Below are positions 30,497 through 46,119 of a stretch of 64,000 nt of DNA, in pieces. Origin of the DNA: the human T2T-CHM13v2.0 reference genome, Homo sapiens; assembly GCF_009914755.1 (NCBI RefSeq), contig NC_060934.1; one strand, 5' to 3'. The position numbers and the translations under genes are program-made. The notes beneath the pieces are model-generated. The model saw nothing but the letters and a program-made list of their open reading frames with translations, ran no database searches and had not been told where the DNA came from. Each line of letters opens with the position of its first letter. The first letter of the stretch is position 1.

Positions 30497-31752
30497 TGAT
30501 TCTGCTCCAATAATAATAATACCTGATGTTTACATTATATTATGACATTTTGCTGTGTATCAGTGGAAACAGTGGGTGATGTGGAAGGAAATGACTCCTC
30601 TGTAAGGGTAAGCTCAGAGTCCCTGGGCTTAGGCTGTGCTGGGGTGAGGCCACTGTGCTGATTGTCACCATCTTATCAGCTGAGCGAGTGAAGGGAGGGG
30701 ACTGGCTCTGCATCACTGCCTCAAAGGCAGAGTCAAGGTTCCAGATTTGAACATCCTGATGATCACCCTTTTCCCAGGAAGAAAATATCTGACAAAATGA
30801 GACAACAGGACGACTCTTTCCTTCCCCTTTTGCTTGACGTGCAGCGACACGGTCACGTTGGAAAGTTCACACACTAAGTTTCGAAGTCATTTCTGTTTAG
30901 CTCATCAATAGTTGCTGTATTAGAACTATCCCATGCCTAAGAAGCATTTTAAGCCTTTTTAAGCTCCAAAGATTAGGGTGCAACAGGGAGGGGTTAAGAG
31001 GAGGACAGATAAACAAGACTGGAGCGCATTCTCCATGCAGAGAAGTAGATTCTGTACTTTGGTTAGATTAATCCCCAAATTGAAACCGGCCCTGAACATC
31101 GTTCTGAGAAAGGAGAGCCGAGAGATAAGAGAAAGCCCCTTGGCAAAGCCTGGGCATTGAGCTGTTTGTGGAAATGCCGACTGCGTCCTTTCCCTGCCGC
31201 CAAAGGACAGAAAGACAAGACCGCTGAGGACAAATAGAGAGTGAGAGTTTCCTTAAGGACAGTCAGGGAAACAGGAGAGGGAAAAGGAAAGGAGCAGAGG
31301 CCACATGGGTGATGACTCCATGTTTTGTCAAAGCATCATGGCGTCTTCCCCACCGAGCCTTGGGACCACTGACCTGCCCGGGCTCACACCATAGAAAGCA
31401 CACACATTGGGTTATGCAAAGACCAAGTGCTGGGAAGGCCGGCTTTGCTTCCAGTCTCAGGCAAGGACACTCACAGAGGACTGTCACACCCACACGAGCA
31501 AGGTAACCCCCTTTCTTGAGCATGCCTGGTTTCCAACCTGTGGCCTTTTTGAGAGAAGCAGGCTGTAGCCCCCAAAGGACTCATGTTTGTGCTTGAAGGC
31601 TGAAGACTGGCACCAAGGAGCTACTGGGACATGGGATCTGAAAGTGGATCCCCACAGGATTCATGGCAGCATGACTGGAATTTCTGAGTTTTCCAAAGGG
31701 CCTGAGAGCTTCCAAGGGGACATTGGAGGTGTTGATGACTTAAAATAAGTCA

Positions 31753-32030
31753 GGCCAGGTGTGGTGGCTCACACCTGTAATCCTAGCACTTTGCGAGGTG
31801 GATCACTTGAGCTCAGAAGTTCAAGACCAGCCTGGGTAACGTGGTAAGACCCCGTCTCTACAAAAAAATACAAAACTTAGCCAGGCAGGGTGGTGCATGC
31901 TTGTAGTCCCAGCTACTCAGAGGGCTGAGGCAGGCATAGCACTTGACCCCAGGACGTCGAGACTACAGTGAGCAGAGATTGCGCCACTGCACTCCAGTGG
32001 GGTGACAAAGTAAGACCCTATGTCAAAAAA
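31753..32030 (+). mobile_element. AluJ
   Basis: Diverged dimer with a small left-arm deletion. Confidence 0.88.
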
Positions 32031-32655
32031 TGAAATTAACAGTCATATGATTTTATAGTCATACCTGTAAAGACCGAATTACAGTGTCTGCAGACATGGC
32101 CTTGCAAGGCCCAGCAGCCAGGAGCAGGGATGTGGCACAACCCAGTGCCCAGGAAGGGCCCTGCAGGGAGGGGCTGTCAGAGAAGCGGAGCTCCCAGAGC
32201 AGTGTGAGTGACCCGCGGGAGAAGAGGGAAAGAGCAGTAGGGGAGGGGGAGATGGCTCCCGGCTAAAGGAGAAACTGGAGTCGCTCGTTCTCCTTTCTGT
32301 CTAAAGCTTCGAGGAATGCCACGTAGAATTCAGACAGTCCAGGAGCCAAGCAAGAACGCAGGGAAATGGCAGCGATGTCTGCAGGACTCAGCGAGACTGC
32401 AGGAAGGTGACAACATGGGGCTACATGGAGAAGGTGCCCCAGGAAGACCCTGAGCTCCCCATCTGCACTGCCCTCGGCTCTGCGAGGAAGGACACTCTGC
32501 TGAAGGGATTTGGACATCTCAGGGACCTTTTGATTTTCATGTACTGTTTACTGACACTGCTCAGGGCAATGTGGGTTTCTCTGTAATTAATTCTCTCTAC
32601 CCACAATTGTATGGTGAAGAAAGATGTTGGGGTTACATGGCTGTCCAGGATCTGA

Positions 32656-33230
<575 letters not shown>

Positions 33231-33830
33231 TGTTTTCCAGATTTTTAAGTGGCATTTCTTCCTTCTAACCTGTTTCCATCCTCCTGCTGCAGTTTCACTT
33301 GTCCTATCTTTTGGAGAAAACAAAATACATATATTACTATTTTAGAAAATATAAAATATTTTTAAAATTTATCAAAACCACAGAATTGCATCCTTTTTAA
33401 ATGTAAATTTTGTACCAAAGTTATATGTACACATAATTTCAAAAATAAGTAGCACTAACTGGCTCATAATGAAAAATAATCCTCCCCTCTCAAACCCAGA
33501 GGCAACTGCTTTTTAAATGTTAAAATTGTTTCTATTTTTAGTTCTGGTGATCACCTCCATATCTCCAAATAATGTGTTTCTACCACCACTTCTTGCTTTA
33601 TCAACTATGCACTTTATCTACTGACCTTCTACCGGGATAAATGAAGACTCAGCTCACCAAAAACTCACCTGCCTCTCTTTCATCCTTCTTCCCAAGATAG
33701 CTAAATCAGTTCTTAATTCTTCTACTGGTCACCTTTGTGTAAATAAAGCATACATATTAAATAATAATGTGTATTATTTTGAACATGTATGATTTGCACA
33801 CATTTATATGTCTGTATGTGCATGCTGTAG

Positions 33831-34189
<359 letters not shown>

Positions 34190-35188
34190 TGATCTCAGAA
34201 TAGTCGAAAAATTATGGTGGGATGGGGAATAACCACTCACAGCTTTATTGCTGTTGCATAGATGTGCAAAAAGAAGGAAAGAGCGAAATGCGTAAGAAGC
34301 TGGTATCCCTGGCCCAACCAACCCAAATAAAACGAAGGCATCAGAGCCCACATCCACCCAATCTAACCACACACAGGGTTTGCCAGTGGAGGGTAAGATG
34401 CCAACAGAAAGGCTGGGCACCCTGGAAGCAGATCTGCAGAGGCTGCCTCTTGCCTAGTCCCCTCTCTGCCAGCCAACCCCTGGCTACTGACTCTGCGTCC
34501 CTGCCCCTCCAGGAATGGTCACCTCTGGCAGGTCCCACTCCTCTTGCAGCAGCTTCCAGCTCTGCTTCCTGCTCCCTGTCCTCCTTCAGCCAGTCATGGA
34601 ATCATCAAACATCCACTGAGCACCCACCTTGTGCTTAGGCACTGAGCACTGAGGGAGGGGCTTGTGCAAGTCAGACAAGCCTGACGTTCCCTGAATCCTG
34701 CAAGGCCAGGGAAAGGGACACGCAATACATAAATTAACCACGTAATGGGGGATTACTAAAAAGGATGTTGAGACAGAAAAGAATAGACCTCATCTCTGAA
34801 GAGAAATGCCACCAGGCGCGTAAGCTGAGGCTGGAGAATGCAAAGGAGCCAGGCTTCCAGGGAGCAGCTGGAAGGGAGGCACAAGAAGAGGAAGCTGGGT
34901 GTGCAAAGGCCCGTGGTAGAGATGGGGAGTGGGGTGTGTTTAAGGAATGGAGAGGGGGCTGATCAGCTGAAGCTTGGTAGACGAAGGGGAGAGTGGTCCA
35001 AGGTGAGGTTTCCAGAAGGCAAGGGCAAGATCACACAGGGCCTAGTTGGCTTAGTAAGGAGTTTGAAATTTTTTTTTTAAGCAGAATAGGAAGTCACCAA
35101 AGAATTCCAGCAGGGGAGAGACAGGACCAATTTTTGTGCTTAAAAATGTTCTTTCTGGAGAATGGACTGGAGGCATCCTTGGGGTTCC

Positions 35189-35623
<435 letters not shown>

Positions 35624-36719
35624 TAAACCAACAAAAGATGTGCCCGGCTTCGAGCAGCATCTTGGGATGAGCAGAGCCTGGCTGGGCTGGAGGATGCAGC
35701 AGCTTGCCAACGCTCTCTCTCCAGGATTTCAAAACTGGAATTAGAAGACTGGAATTACAGACAGATGCATTTCAGTCCTCTATTACTCTATTAACATCTT
35801 TTTTTTTTTTTATCACCTGAACTCTTTTCCGGTCTCCCGGCTCCACAGCAGGGGTCCTCATGTGATTTCTGCCGGGATCCACCCCCACTTTCAGGGAGCA
35901 GGGTTTGAGGTGCTGCCCCTCCACTTTTCAAAGCCTTCCCCCTGGTCATCAGAGAGTGTCTCCTCGGGGCTGGGCTCTGTGAAACAGGGGACTTTCTCTC
36001 CACGCCCCCTCCCTACCTCTCCCTTCTCTCCACCCCTCCATTTTCTCTTCTCCTTTATATTGAGTTATCTATTCAAAGCAAAGCCATCTCCTGGAACTGC
36101 CCGGATGGGATCCTGTCTCCCATCAAAGCTGCAGAGTCTTTCTCTGGCCCAGCTAGTTGTGTCTGTTAAAACTTTAACTGCCACAGCCTTTGGGGGTGGC
36201 TCAGCCTGGTGGTTAGGGATGTGGTTTGCTGATTACAGCGAGGCCTGAGCTGGCTGCACAGACTACCTGTAACACAGACAGCCTCGGTGAGTAAAATGAG
36301 CATGGGCTCTGGAGTCACACTGCTTCAGTTCACCATCTGGCTACACTGTTGACTGGCAGTGGGACAGCAGCGGGCAAGTTAACCTCTCTGAGACTCAGTG
36401 TCCCCATCTGTAAAATGGGGATATGGATTGTAGCATCTTCTTCATAGGGCTATTAAGGGGATTAAAAAATATTAAGAGGCATGTGAAGCACTTAGCACGT
36501 GGACATATTCAAGGAAGTTCCCTGTCATAGCAACCAGTAAAATTCCACCAGATTCTCGGGAAGCTGAGATCATGGAAACATAGAAGTTTCCAGAGATGCC
36601 ACAGGAATCAAAGGGAAGGGGAAGGATCCCCTAACTTTGCACTTCCTTCTGTCCACCAGTCTTTCATTAGCGCCCTTCAGTGGCCAAACCCATCTGGAAG
36701 CCAGAAAGAGAGCCTGATC

Positions 36720-37224
36720 TTTTTTTTTTTTAAGTTCTGGGATACAGGTGTAGAACGTGCAGGTCTGCTACACGTGCCATGGTGGTTTACTGCACCTATC
36801 AACCTGTCATCTAGGTTTTAAGCCCCACATGCATTAGGTATTTGTCCTAATGCTCTCCCTCCCCTTGTCCCTCACTCACCAACAGGCCCTGGTGTGTGAT
36901 GATCCGCTCCCTGTGTCCATGTATTCTTATTGTTCAACTCCCAATTATGAGTGAAAATATGTGGTGTTTGGCTTTCTGTTCCTGTGTTAGTTTGCTGAGA
37001 ATGATGGCTTCCAGCTTCATCCATGTCCTGCAAAGAATCTGAACTCATTCTTTTTTATGGCTGCATAGTATTCCATGGTGTATATGTGCCACATTTTCTT
37101 TATCCAGTCTATCATTGATGGGCATTTGGGTTGGTTCCAAGTCTTTGCTATTGTAAACAGTGCTCCAATAAACATACATGTGCATGTGTCTTTATAGTAG
37201 AATGATTTATATTCCTTTGAGTAT
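36720..37224 (-). mobile_element. L1PA 3' end (5'-truncated)
   Basis: Poly(T) followed by the classic L1PA 3'UTR antisense; TSD AGAGCCTGATCT (36709-36720) / AGAGTCTAATCT (37225-37236). Confidence 0.92.
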
Positions 37225-37235
37225 AGAGTCTAATC

Positions 37236-37288
37236 TTTTGCCATTACTTTCAATGACAAAAACCACAATTACTTTTGCACCAACCTAA
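37236..37288. mobile_element. MADE1 (Hsmar1 MITE), one TIR truncated
   Basis: TTTTGCCATTACTTTCAATGACAAAAACCACAATTACTTTTGCACCAACCTAA followed by TA. Confidence 0.92.
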
Positions 37289-37383
37289 TAGCTCCTTCCA
37301 GTGCAAAGTAAGGCAGCAGAGGAACAGGCAGGAATGGGGAGTGGATCCAGGAACAAGCAGACGTCACATACAGTGTGCGTGCA

Positions 37384-37813
37384 TGTTGATAAAAGATAAA
37401 CCTCAGCCGAATTAAATTTAAAGGAGTTTAATTGAACAATGAATGAATCGCGAATCGGCAGACCCCAGAATCACAGATTCACAGAAGCTCCGGGGGTGGC
37501 TCATAGTCAGAATAAATTTATAGACAAAAAAGGTAAAGTGACATACAGGAATCAGAAGTGAGCTACAAAATAGCAAGATTGGTTACAGCTCAGCGTTTGC
37601 CTTATTTGAACGCAGTTTGAACACTCAGCAGTCTATGAGTGGTTGAAGTATGGCTGTTGGGATTGGCCAACACTCAGCTATTGCTAGGGGTGCATATGAT
37701 TAAGTTAGGTTTTCAATTTTGTCTGACTATTAAACTAGGTTACAGTTCATCCGCAAGGACTCAAATATAGAAGTACGGAGTCCTTCTCAAGCCATATTTA
37801 GTTTGCTGTAACA
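37384..37813 (-). mobile_element. MER57A/B-like ERV1 solo LTR
   Basis: TG...CA termini. The reverse complement begins TGTTACAGCAAACTAAATATGGCTTGAGAAGGACTCCGTACTTCTATATTTGAGTCCTT, matching MER57; CCAAT boxes present. Confidence 0.85.
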
Positions 37814-37876
37814 GTGTGCATGTTTCACTTTGTGGGGATGCAGTCTAGGTTGCACGTTCATAGATATAACACATCA

Positions 37877-38185
<309 letters not shown>

Positions 38186-38404
38186 CTACCCTATATGATC
38201 TTCACCAAAACCCTGTAAAGTAGGGAAACTAAGGCTCAGAGCGACTGCTTTATCCTTTATCAGGGGCCACACGAGCCTTTAAGCCCGTTTCCAGAGTGGC
38301 AGTCCAGCCAGTTTTACCCAGCACCTGCGCTCCTGACTGACCCCATTTGGCCCTGAAAGTTAGCTCAAGTGAGACTTTTGGTCAAACTGCAGTCTCAGAG
38401 TTAA

Positions 38405-38648
38405 ACAATGGGTACTCATGGACATAAAGACAGGATCAATAGACACTGGGAACTGCTAGAAGTGGGAGGGAATGAGAGGAGCAAGGGTTGAAAATGGGGG
38501 GATGCAGTCTAGGTTGCATGTTGGGTACTATGCTTGGTACCTGGGTGACGGGATCATTTGTACCCCAAATCTCAGCATCACACAATATACCCGTGTAACA
38601 AACCTGCACATGTACACCCGAATCTAAAATAAAAGTTGAAAAAGAAAA
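38405..38648 (+). mobile_element. Old L1PA/L1PB 3' end
   Basis: ACTCATGGACATAAAGA...GTAACAAACCTGCACATGTAC...CTAAAATAAAAGTTGAAA. Confidence 0.85.
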
Positions 38649-38856
38649 ATGACACTGTGGTGTTGCCACATTGTGAAGTGGCTGAAGGTGACTATACTCT
38701 CAGTAACTCAGATCTGCTCCTTCAGGAGGGCAAACTCTGAGACAAATACCCCAGGGTAGCTGCTCCCACTTGAATTTTTCTCATATATAGGCTTTAGCAC
38801 TTAGACTTGCTTCCCCAGCGACACTCAGCCTAGTAACATAGAAAAGGTAAAAAGAA

Positions 38857-39155
38857 GGCCAGGAGTGGTGGCTCACACCGATAATCCCAGTACTTTGGGA
38901 GGCTGAGGTGGGCAGATCACTTGAGGTCAGGAGTTCAAGACCAGCCTGGCTAATAAGGTGAAACTCCGCCTCTACTAAAATGACAAGAATTAGCTGGGCG
39001 TGGTGGTGAGCACCCAGCTACTTGGGAGGCTGATGCAGGAGAATCACTTTAACACAGGAGGCAGAGGTTGCAGAGAGCTGAGATTGCCCCATTGCACTCC
39101 AGCCTGGGCAGCAGAGTGAGACTCCGTCTCAAAAAAAAAAAAAATCCCAAAAGCA
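38857..39155 (+). mobile_element. AluS
   Basis: Dimer; TSD AAAAGGTAAAAAGAA. Confidence 0.92.
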
Positions 39156-39477
39156 AAAGGTAAAAAGAATTAATTACAATAGATAGAGAGTTGGTAGAGA
39201 GTTGGATAGATGATAGCTTTGGGGAAGAAGAATATTTAATTCAGTTCAGATTAAAATGCAGCATAAATTAGTTGCCGACAAGAAATCCAAACTGTTGCCC
39301 TCCCTTTCTGTCACCCCTCCCAAAGGCTCCAGGTAAGTCTGGGCAGGGCCAGGAGGGAGGACTGTGGCTGCCTGTCCTGTCCCTGCCCTCCCTCAACCCA
39401 GGCAGCAAGCCCCCACCCGGGCCTGTTTTTCCTCAGCACCAAAGTCCAGGGTCTAAGGGGAAGTCGGCAGGTATTTA

Positions 39478-39522
39478 TTAGGACGGTGCAAAAGTAATTG
39501 CGGTTTTTGCATTACTTTTAAT
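39478..39522. mobile_element. Half MADE1 / solo Hsmar1 TIR
   Basis: TA then TTAGGACGGTGCAAAAGTAATTGCGGTTTTTGCATTACTTTTAAT. Confidence 0.92.
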
Positions 39523-40151
39523 AAGTAATGCATGCATATGCATGCTTCACTTTGGGGGCATGCAGTCTAGGTTGCATGTTCATAAATACAACACATCAAG
39601 AAACAACAGCAAAGCATATTGCATGGTCTACCCCATGTGATGCTCACCAAAACCCTATATGGTAAGGAAACTAAGGGTCAGAGGGACTGCTTTATCCGAG
39701 GCCATGCAAGCCTTAAGCATGTTTTGAGAATGGCAGCCCAGTCATCCTTACCTGGCACCTGCACCCCTGACTGTCACCATTTGGCCCCAAAAGTTAAGAG
39801 CAAGCATGCCAGAAAGCGTTTTTCTTTTTTCTTTTCCTTTTCTTTGGGGGATGCTTGGGGAGAGGGGTTGGGAAGAGGAAGGATGATCTCATCTCTTATT
39901 TTAATAATGAATCACTGGGGCCCTTGCTAGTGGGAAGTCCAGACTGCACCCCTCAAGCCTCCCACTCCTGAATTGTGTAATCACCCTGGGGGCTTACCCA
40001 GTCCAAAGGGAGAATCAGCCTGGAATCCAGAAACCAGGAAGAGAGAAAGCTGGGAGCAGAAAACACAGGTCAGAAGCTGGCCTGCAGATGTGCTTCAGGT
40101 GACAGACACCATGTTGCCCCACACAGGTTAAACATCAATGAATTGTTATCA

Positions 40152-40492
<341 letters not shown>

Positions 40493-40681
40493 GAAAAGAA
40501 AAGAAAAGAAAAGAAAAGAGAGAAAGAAGGAAGGAAAGAGAAAGAAAGAAAGAAGGAAAGAAAAGAAAGAAAGAAAGAAAGAAAGAGAAAGAAACAAGGA
40601 AAGAAAGAAAGATAGAAAGAAAGAAAGAAAAGAAAGAGAGAAAGGAAAGAAGGAAGAGAAAAAGAGAGAAAGAAAGAAAAA
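40493..40681. repeat. Polypurine (GAAA/GAAAA/GGAA) tract
   Basis: ~190 bp almost purely A/G. Confidence 0.95.
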
Positions 40682-41173
40682 TGAGCTGTCTGGCCACATG
40701 AGGCTCACATTCCTGCAGGGCAAAGATGCTGACACTGGATGGGACTGCCTCCTTACCTCAGGCCTGAGATCCCCAGCTAGCTGTAGTCTCCACCACTCCC
40801 TAGTGATCCCCCAACCTTCCAGTTAATTGTCATTTGTCCCAGTTCTCAGGCTGTGTTCCTCTGCCTCCCTCGTTCTACTCATTTCAGATGACCTGCCCTG
40901 TAGGCATCTGCATTTGCGGGTCCCAGTCTCATTCACCTACTGTCTTGTTTCTGTCCTTGCCACTTGCCACCAGCTCCCCTGGCACCACACAGAGCCCCAG
41001 ACCTGCCCTCCCCAAGTTCCCTCCCACTCTGCTTCCTCATGAGACCTCCGTGTGGAGGAGGAGTTTCCTCTCCATTCTTTAAACATGCACTTCCCTCCTA
41101 CCTCCAAGCCTTTGCTCATGTTGTTACCCTTGCCTGTTTTCCCTATTTCTCCTTTAGCAACTAATTTTAGCCT

Positions 41174-41400
41174 ATTAGTTGTTCTTTATTTCTACCATAA
41201 CAAATGATCATACTTAGTGGCTTAAGCAACACATATTTGTTCTTTTATAGTTCTGTAAGTCAGACACACGTGTCAGCAGGGCTGTGTCTCTGATCCCTAT
41301 TTTCTTGCTGGCTGTTGGCTTCTAGAGGCCACCTATGTCCTTGGCTCGTGAACTCCTTTCTCTACCTCCAAAGTCTAGTCTTTCTCATACTTGGAATCTC
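41174..41400 (-). mobile_element. MLT1 (MLT1D-like) LTR fragment
   Basis: CATAACAAAT...AGTGGCTTAAGCAACAC...ATAGTTCTG...CTTCTAGAGGCCACC...CCTTGGCTCGTG. Confidence 0.6.
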
Positions 41401-41407
41401 TCCTTCT

Positions 41408-41480
41408 TTTCTCTTCTCTTCTCTTCTCTTCTCTTCTCTTCTCTTCTCTTCTCTTCTCTTCTCTTCTCTTCTTCTCTTCT
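41408..41480. repeat. (TCTCT)n pentanucleotide microsatellite
   Basis: About 12-14 units. Confidence 0.95.
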
Positions 41481-42090
41481 CCAGCTCCATCGTTCCTGCC
41501 TGTGATCACCAGCCCTTGAGATGAGCTCGCAGCAAAGATCTGAGTGGGAGCCAGGGGATGAGTCAGACTGGAGCCACAACCCGCAGGAACCAGAGTATTG
41601 ACAGCCCAGGGAGGCCTCTGTTTCTGCAAGAATCAATTCCCAGGAGCCTATTGACAAATGTGTCCCTTACTTATGTGCTGTCATTGCCTTTTCTATTGAC
41701 TTAGCCCCGAGGCTAAAGAGGTGAAAGATAAACTGGATCTGTGGGCCCGTCATCTCCTGGCTTCTAAGGCTGCCTCCCCACGCCCCTCCTTCTCCTTCCG
41801 TTTTTATTCTTCTAAATGCCCCTCTGAGATCCCTGTTATCACACACACCCCTAAGGTGATATCAACACATCCATTTCATTCAGCAATGATTGAGCACCTA
41901 CTGTATGCCACATGTGCTGGGCATCCAAAGATGAGAGAACCACAGTCAAGGCCTCAAAGTGTCCTCAGAAGTGACACACCAGGGTCTCAAGACCATAAAT
42001 TCACAAGATGCCAGAGGAGTCCTCAGAGTAGAGAGCTGACTCTGATTCTAGGGGAAGAAAGCTTCACACAGGGGCCCCTCAAGCTGTGTC

Positions 42091-42388
42091 TTGTTTTGGT
42101 TTTTGTGAGACATGGTTTCACTCTGTTGCCCAGGCTGGACTGCAGTGGCACATTCTCGGCTCACTACAACTTCTGCCTCCTTGGTTCAAGTGATTCTCCT
42201 GCCTCAGCCTCCCAAGTAGCTAGGATTACAGGCATGCACCACCACGCCCAGCTAATTTTTATATTTTTAGTAGAGACAGGGTTTCACCATGTTGGCCAGG
42301 CTGGTCTCGAACTCCTGACCTCAAGAGATCCACTTGCCTCAGTCTTCCAAAGTGCTGGGATTACAGTTGTGAGCCACAGCGCCATGCC
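42091..42388 (-). mobile_element. AluS
   Basis: Antisense dimer; TSD TCAAGCTGTGT. Confidence 0.92.
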
Positions 42389-43968
42389 TCAAGCTGTGTT
42401 TTTAAAGAGAAAAGAGTAGAGCTCTCCAAGGACCAGAGGTGGAAGAAGACTCTTCTAGAGTGCAAATAAATGAAGGTATCAGACAAGGCTAGAGTTTAGG
42501 ATATGTATCAGGGGAGCGGAGATGGTGAGGAATAAAGCTGGGTGGAGAGAAGAAGAAGCAAAAGTTGCCAGGAGCCAGATTGGCAGGGCATTCTGTGTCA
42601 CCCTAATCAGTCTGGACTTAGTCCCATAGGCAATGAGGCATGGAGGATGAGTTTTAGGCAGATAAGTGACACAACCAGATTGGTATTTTAGAAGATGACT
42701 CCTCTGGCACCATGAAGACTGGGTTTGAGGGCAGGGCTGAGAAATTGGAGGCTACTGCAAAGGTCCAGGCAGAGATGTTGAGACCCTGAGCCACAGGCAG
42801 GGCAGTGAGAGAGTGCTGAGAGGACAGATGCAAGGGATATGTTGTGGGTGCCCAAACAGGTGTCCCGCAGATGTCCTCTGCAGAGATCCCTGCCTGGGGG
42901 TGAGCCAGGCCTGAGAGCTGGAAGATTGACATCCTGCAGACTGGGCGGGTTGGAGGAGAAAATGAACTCTGGAGAAAGGGGACTATTCAGGGCAAAATCA
43001 CCTGTCTCCAGGCCAACTGATAAGCACTGCACAAACTGACTGTGCAAACAATCGCAGGGATGGCTGCTCAACACGAAGCACTGTGACAGCACAGGGATCA
43101 ATAATCAACATTGAGAAAGAGGGAGATCCGTAGGGGCAAGGAAATAAGAAACGCCTACATTTGGGCCAGGCATTATGTTTAGGAAGCATTCCAGCTCCTT
43201 AATTACTACATTGGCAAAAATGGATCAAATGAACTACATTTTACAGTTGAGAAAACTGAGGCTTAGGGGCGTTTCTGATTTGCCCAGGAATGCAAAGCTG
43301 ATACAGAAGGGAACTGGCACTAAATCCCAGTCCCTGGAGGCCAAGTTTAACTCTGGCTACACTCTCCTGACCTTGCTCTTTGCAAATTCTGGGGCTTCTC
43401 AAATGTCATCTGTTCCATGTGATCTAACACTTGACCATTCTCTAATTATGCTACTGGGTAGTAATGGCTGAACATGGGAGAGCTATGCTATGTGGCAGGA
43501 ACTGTTCTAAACACTTCAGCTGTTGTGAACTGACCTAAGCCAATTTGCCCATTCAACAGCTGTCAGGCTCTTTTTGGAAATAATAGGGGTCTCTGATAAT
43601 TAGAGGAAGGTGGGAGCTATACATCTCCCCCTATCAACCTTGCTACCTGGTGGTTTTACAATGAAAGTCGTTCTGCCACATGTACAAAGAGGCAGAAAAT
43701 CACCCACATGTGGGTCCCAGTAAGTCCCACTCTGCCTCTGCAGCACTCTGACACACATTTTGCAGGAAAGAATCATTTTGCAGTCATAGCTCAACAGCAG
43801 GGTCAGCTGGCCTTCTGGTTGGACCAGAAGTCAGAAGAAAGACCAAATGGAGGTCTAGACCTAGAAATTTCCTCTGAAAGTGTCAGGCAGCCAGCTTTGC
43901 CAGATTCTTTTATCTTGTACATTCCAGGGCAAAAGTGTCTGTTCAGTCATTTTAGCCAACCTCCTATC

Positions 43969-44270
43969 TTTTTTTTTTTTTTTTTTTTGAGATGGAGTCC
44001 TGCTCTGTCGCCCAGGCTGGAGAGCAGTGGCACGATCTCGGCTCACTGCAATCTCCGCCTCCCAGTTTCCAGCGATTCTCTTGCCTCAGCCTCCGAAGGA
44101 GCTGGGATTGCAGGCACCCGCCACCACACCTGGCTAATTTTCGTATTTTTAGTAGAGATGGGGTTTTGCCATGTTGGCCAGGCTGGTCTTGAACTCCTGA
44201 CCTGAAGTGATCTGCCCACTTCGGCCTCCCAAAGTGCTGGGATTACAGACATGAGCCACCGCACCCGGCC
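43969..44270 (-). mobile_element. AluS
   Basis: Antisense dimer. Confidence 0.93.
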
Positions 44271-46119
44271 TTAACCATCTATCTTGAGTATTGCTCACTT
44301 CGTCAATGAAATGCATTTTTTAACATTCTTTATGCTAATGAACTGTACCATGGATGCACATTTAAATAGCAATATTTGAAGCCCCTGCCATGGATACTCC
44401 AGAAGGTGGATCGTTTAACAAATGCTCTCAGAGCACTCCCTAGGTGATGGCATGGTTCCAAGCACTTTGAACTTTACACATCCTAACCCATGTCATTGTC
44501 ACAACAATCCCATAAGGTATGTACTATTTTTATCTTCATGTCACAGGTGAGGAAACTGAGGCATGGAGAAGATGACCATGGCTGAGGTCTGTTCTCCCCT
44601 CTCTATCCACAGAGCCAAACTGGATACTGGGAACACAATAAATAAATACCTGTTGGTAATAGGTAATAATCACCAAAATGGAGATTGGTTCCACTGAATG
44701 GCCTGAGATTGGACTGTGTGGTAGAGGATGGGTAGCAGCTGAGAGCTAGCCTGTCATGACTGATGGAACCCATTTCACACTTATCATGCTTCCCACGTGC
44801 CTACCTCCAATTCTCTTGCATCCTTCATGGGTAGGAGTTGGCCTTGGCCAGGGCCTGGTTGCCTAAGTGTCTGCAGAGTTGCCTATTTGGGCTTTCGCCA
44901 ACAGAGACAGAAGTATATTATGCATCTTAGGATTCTGTATTACCCAGCACTCAATCAATTCTTCTAAAATGAGTGAATAAATGCATGACTCAGGGAGAGG
45001 AACCACACAGCTCTGTGTGTGGTGTTGTTTCCACTTTTGTTTAACTCCTTTTATGAAAATTTGCTCTTTCGATTATCATGCCAATTTGGAGGAAAATACA
45101 TGGTTCTCATAATAAATTTGAAATAAATCAAGCAATGCAATAGGAAAAGAGAGGAAGATAAATGAATATGGATCCAGAACCTACTGTGTGCCAGGCATTT
45201 TCACATATGTCATCTCAAAAATATATCATCAGAAATATATCATCACACGAAACTTATTCAAGACAGGCTCAGAGAGGTTAAGTGACTTGCCTAAGATCAC
45301 ATAGCTAGTAAATGGCTTTTCTGCTGACTCTGTCTGATGCCAACCCAGGCTCTTGCTAGCACACTACAGAGCTAGCATACAAATGTGCTTAGGGAAGGTG
45401 GCAATGCCAGGAAGTGTCTAGAAGTACATTTTAGAGAGGTGCTCAGAGGTCTGCCTTCCTCAAAAGTAAAAAGGCTTTTGAAACTATCACAGCATACTCT
45501 ATTCAGAAAGTCAACAAATCGAGACAGAAAGGGACACCCAAATCTCAAGATCCCTGCTCTCTTTCAGGTTTTCTATTACACAGAAGGGAAGGGGGTAGCT
45601 TTCCAACATGCAAAATGCATGCAGAATTTTATGCAAAAATGTTTAATAAATCAATGATGCACTTAGAACAAGAAGCATCACATGGCCCAGGTGCTGTTTG
45701 TGAGGCTGGAGATCCAAGGAGGCTGACTTGTGTTTCCACAGAGCTGATTATGGGATGGGAGAGATGCACGAGTGTGATAAACTCTCCTCCATAGACAATC
45801 ACTGAACAGAGGAAATTTAAAATGTGAGAGGGAAGATTGAAGCCCCACTGAAAGATTAAAGAAAGGAAGGAAGTACAAATGGGCAGATCAATGATTCTGA
45901 GGTGTTTAATTCACACTGGGCTGTGCCACATTTGGAGGCTGCAAGTCGTACTGCATCAATGGCTCTTATCTTTCCAAACTTCGTAGATCACAGGAGTCCG
46001 AACCACCAATGACTTAAAGCTAGGGATCCTTATGGAAATAGGGAGGCACCTCTGAATTTGGAGTCCATGGCTTGGCCATGAGCTGTAGCCAAGAGAGGGA
46101 TTTCTGTCTGTCTTCATTC

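Noticed and set aside
41721-42419. Longest ORF (232 aa)
   Set aside because: Non-ATG start; the C-terminal half is an antisense Alu translation (LLPRLDCSG...[15 protein letters not shown]) and the rest is L2 or unique DNA with no domain. The same applies to 15733-16329, 23692-24147 and 43708-44205.
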